The notes beneath the pieces are model-generated. The model had not been told where the DNA came from. It ran no database searches and worked only from the letters and a program-made list of their open reading frames with translations. Below are positions 61,286 through 64,000 of a DNA stretch of 64,000 nucleotides, piece after piece (the stretch's first letter is position 1; the number at the start of each line of letters is the position of its first letter). Where the stretch lies: positions 64,001 through 128,000 of the forward strand of contig JBCCQQ010000003.1 of assembly GCA_039024555.1 (NCBI GenBank), in the 5' to 3' direction. The position numbers and the translations under genes were made by a program. This DNA is from Cyanobacteria bacterium P01_D01_bin.156 (GTDB taxonomy: Bacteria > Cyanobacteriota > Cyanobacteriia > Phormidesmidales > Phormidesmidaceae).

Positions 61286-62731
61286 ATGGCTTTTTCTCGA
61301 TCTTCCCGTCGTCGGACCTTTCAGCTGTGGTTTGAACGATTAATGGTTGCGATCGCAACTGCCAACCTCATATTAGTCATCGCCGATCTCAGCTATATTC
61401 GTTTCCGTGACCTGTACCTCAAGGTCCTGCCAAAACCGACTACCTGGTACGGCGAAACCTTCAAAGGGATCGAAGAGCATCGGGTGACGGCAGCCTACCT
61501 AGCCGAGGTAGATACCCTCAAAGAAATCCTAGAAGCCGACGGCCTAGATTCACCAGCAGCTAGAGGGCAGCTTGCTACCCTACGGTCCAGCAGTGTAAAC
61601 CTGATTGATGAAAACCCATTTGCCGTAGCGAATAAGTCAGGTACCCTGGAGCGCATTAAGAAAGAAATGCGCGATCGCACCGACGAAGAAAACTCCTCTA
61701 AAGAAGCATTTCGTATCTTTTGGAGTCCAGCCTATTTAGACCAAGGCTGGTCAGAGGAACTGGACTTTTTTGAGCAGCAAATTCGACCTCGTATTGAAAC
61801 CAACTACTGGCGTGGCATTGGCTTTAATGGGCTACCCACAGACCGATTTTGGCTGATCGATACCCCCTTCATCATTCTCTTTGGATTCGAATTTTTAGTA
61901 CGCACTTATTTTCTAAGCCGCCGTCACGAGAACACCACCTGGTTCGATGCCATGCTGTGGCGCATTTACGACGTCCCCTTACTCTTACCTTTCTGGCGAT
62001 GGCTGCGGGTCATCCCCGTAGTCATCCGTTCGAACCAGGCACAGCTTTCCCACCTCGATCCCCTGCAAGGACGTATCAACCGCATTCTAATTAGTCAGTT
62101 TGCCGTGGAACTCACAGAGGTTGTCTTTCTCCGGTTAATTGACCAGATACAAAATATGATCCAGGCAGGTCAAATTAGCCGCTGGGTGTTTGAACTCACC
62201 TCAGGCAATGAGAACTATATCGACCTCAATGATGTAGATGAGGTCCAAACCATTGCCCAGCGACTCACCGATATTGTGATCGACAAGATTTTGCCAGAAA
62301 TCAAACCAGAAATTGATGCTGTCCTGAGCCACACATTCACAGGAGCTCTTGCCCAGGCACCAGCCTACCAGGGGTTAAAGATTTTGCCAGGGTTTACCAA
62401 CATTTCAGGGCAAATTACTCAACAGATTTCGGCTGAAGTATCAAAAAATCTCTACAGCAGCCTCAAACAAGCCCTCGCTGATGAAAAAGGCTCGGCTCTC
62501 ATGGGCAAATTGGTGGAGAGCTTTGGCCATCATCTGCGGGAGGAACTACAGCAGGGCAATACACTCAATGAGTTGCAGGGATTAATTAATGACTTTCTGG
62601 AAGAGGTCAAGGTCAACTATGTTGAACGCCTTGCCATGGACGATTTAGATACCCGTCGTGCTAAGACCTATCAGCTTTACAGTACAACCCAGAAGGCTCG
62701 CCCTACCCCCGCCAAATTAGTTGGGCGATAA
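61286..62731 (+). CDS. Hypothetical membrane protein
   Basis: Long ORF with TM segments and a helical C-terminal region; start taken at MAFSRS. Confidence 0.75.
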   Translation: MAFSRSSRRRTFQLWFERLMVAIATANLILVIADLSYIRFRDLYLKVLPKPTTWYGETFKGIEEHRVTAAYLAEVDTLKEILEADGLDSPAARGQLATLRSSSVNLIDENPFAVANKSGTLERIKKEMRDRTDEENSSKEAFRIFWSPAYLDQGWSEELDFFEQQIRPRIETNYWRGIGFNGLPTDRFWLIDTPFIILFGFEFLVRTYFLSRRHENTTWFDAMLWRIYDVPLLLPFWRWLRVIPVVIRSNQAQLSHLDPLQGRINRILISQFAVELTEVVFLRLIDQIQNMIQAGQISRWVFELTSGNENYIDLNDVDEVQTIAQRLTDIVIDKILPEIKPEIDAVLSHTFTGALAQAPAYQGLKILPGFTNISGQITQQISAEVSKNLYSSLKQALADEKGSALMGKLVESFGHHLREELQQGNTLNELQGLINDFLEEVKVNYVERLAMDDLDTRRAKTYQLYSTTQKARPTPAKLVGR

Positions 62732-62913
62732 TGCTGATTCAGATTAGATCAAATGCACTATATTAGGGGCATCTGCAATTTGCGTCCTTGAGAAGAACTT
62801 AGCAGCACTACTGGCTTTGTAAATGGCCAGTATTAAGCTTACCGCTGCCCCCCTTGCCATTTTAGAGATTTGACTTAATCTAAAAACGTACTTTTTCTAC
62901 TTATCCGTCTGCT

Positions 62914-64000
62914 TTGACCGAGACTGCTGCTACCTCCACTTCTACCTACGAATCTGTCACCGCACGGATTCCTCAGCAGCGATGGCAAATTTTTCCGCCC
63001 CAAACGCAGCAAGCGCAGCACATGGCCAGTGCAACGCAGTTATCGCCCTTACTGGCCCAGGTATTAATTAATCGAGGCATTCAAACGCCTGAACAAGCCT
63101 GGCTATATCTTGATCCAGAAACTCAGCAACTCCCCTCTCCGCTGGATGAATTTCCTGATCTGGCGTATAGCATTGAGTTGTTGCTAACAGCTATTCACCA
63201 GGGACAAAAAATAGCAATTTGTGGTGATTACGATGCTGATGGGATGACCAGTACGGCATTGTTGCTACGCGCTCTATGGCATTTAGGTGCAGATGCTCAC
63301 TATGCCATTCCTAGCCGCATGCAGGAAGGCTATGGCATTAACCGTCGCATTGTAGAAGATTTTCATGCTGAAGGGATCGGTCTAATTCTCACCGTCGACA
63401 ACGGCATTGCCGCCTATGACCCAGTGGTTAGGGCTGTAGAACTGGGTCTCACAGTGATTATTACCGATCACCACGACTTACCAGAACAACTACCGCCAGC
63501 TCAGGCAATTCTCAATCCAAAACTTTTGCCCCATAGCTCTCCATACTACGGTGTGGCAGGTGTAGGCGTGGCATATATTTTGGCAGTATGTTTAGCACAA
63601 GCGTTTAATCGTGCTCAGGATCTAACCGCGCCATCTTTAGAGCTATTCACTTTAGGGACAATTGCAGATTTAGCTCCCCTAGTAGGGGTGAATCGTCGCT
63701 GGGTACGACGAGGATTACAACTATTGCCAAAGTCTCGTCTTCCAGGTATTCAAGCTCTCATTGAGGTGGCAGGCTTAGACCAAGGGAAAAAATCTCTCAA
63801 ACCAGAAGCCATCGGTTTTCGACTCGGTCCCAGAATCAATGCTATTGGTCGGATTGGCGATCCGCAAATTGTTATTGATATGTTGACTACGGAGGATATT
63901 GGGATTGCACTGCAACGAGCCATGCAGTGCGAAGAAACCAACACCCTACGTCAGCGGATGTGTGAGTTAATTGAGACTCAAGCAATCAACTGGTGTGAAG
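62914..64000 (+). CDS. recJ: Single-stranded-DNA exonuclease RecJ, partial (runs off the window's right edge)
   Basis: Not in the ORF track. Manual translation: ...PQQRWQI...LSPLLAQVLINRG...ICGDYDADGMTST...PSRMQEGYG...TVDNG...ITDHH...LGTIADL...GPRINAIGR; TTG start assumed. Confidence 0.95.
   Translation, partial: MTETAATSTSTYESVTARIPQQRWQIFPPQTQQAQHMASATQLSPLLAQVLINRGIQTPEQAWLYLDPETQQLPSPLDEFPDLAYSIELLLTAIHQGQKIAICGDYDADGMTSTALLLRALWHLGADAHYAIPSRMQEGYGINRRIVEDFHAEGIGLILTVDNGIAAYDPVVRAVELGLTVIITDHHDLPEQLPPAQAILNPKLLPHSSPYYGVAGVGVAYILAVCLAQAFNRAQDLTAPSLELFTLGTIADLAPLVGVNRRWVRRGLQLLPKSRLPGIQALIEVAGLDQGKKSLKPEAIGFRLGPRINAIGRIGDPQIVIDMLTTEDIGIALQRAMQCEETNTLRQRMCELIETQAINWCE

Larger units (their letters stand above)
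3383..61678. repeat. HIP1 octamer GCGATCGC dispersed through the window
   Basis: About 29 copies by manual count (e.g. 3383, 15670, 27843, 31041, 33871, 43723), against roughly one expected by chance. Confidence 0.9.

Noticed and set aside
1..64000. CRISPR array, IS elements, rRNA, and the many short antisense or nested ORFs in the track (e.g. 2816..3172, 16591..17022, 24706..25110, 48242..48661)
   Set aside because: No repeat-spacer array, transposase or rRNA sequence seen; the short ORFs shadow well-supported genes and lack motifs

Overview
Cyanobacterial chromosomal segment. About 29 HIP1 GCGATCGC octamers (manual count) and the cyanobacteria-specific gene families suggest a filamentous Leptolyngbya-like strain, which is an inference. 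Most of it is core genome: mntCAB-like metal ABC transporter, polA, lepA, tyrA, recA, xseAB, murE, cysH, sbcD, rlpA, a ktrB/trkH-type gene, an M16 peptidase pair, mlaE, a yqgF-like gene, smc, ftsE, tRNA-Glu and a partial recJ. I found no integrase, transposase, CRISPR array or prophage. The most notable accessory elements are: (1) a jacalin-lectin/GH24 lysozyme/M15 peptidase triple fusion with no phage context; (2) a coupled ABC-ATPase + TOPRIM-like (DUF4276-type) two-gene cassette after xseB, a candidate defence system; (3) an Amt-HAMP-PAS-histidine kinase ammonium sensor fusion; (4) a secreted tandem-repeat protein behind tRNA-Glu with phased upstream repeats; (5) a His-less stand-alone kinase core; (6) LexA-like boxes at recA/xseA, smc and sbcD. 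All family assignments come from motif recognition by eye, not database searches.
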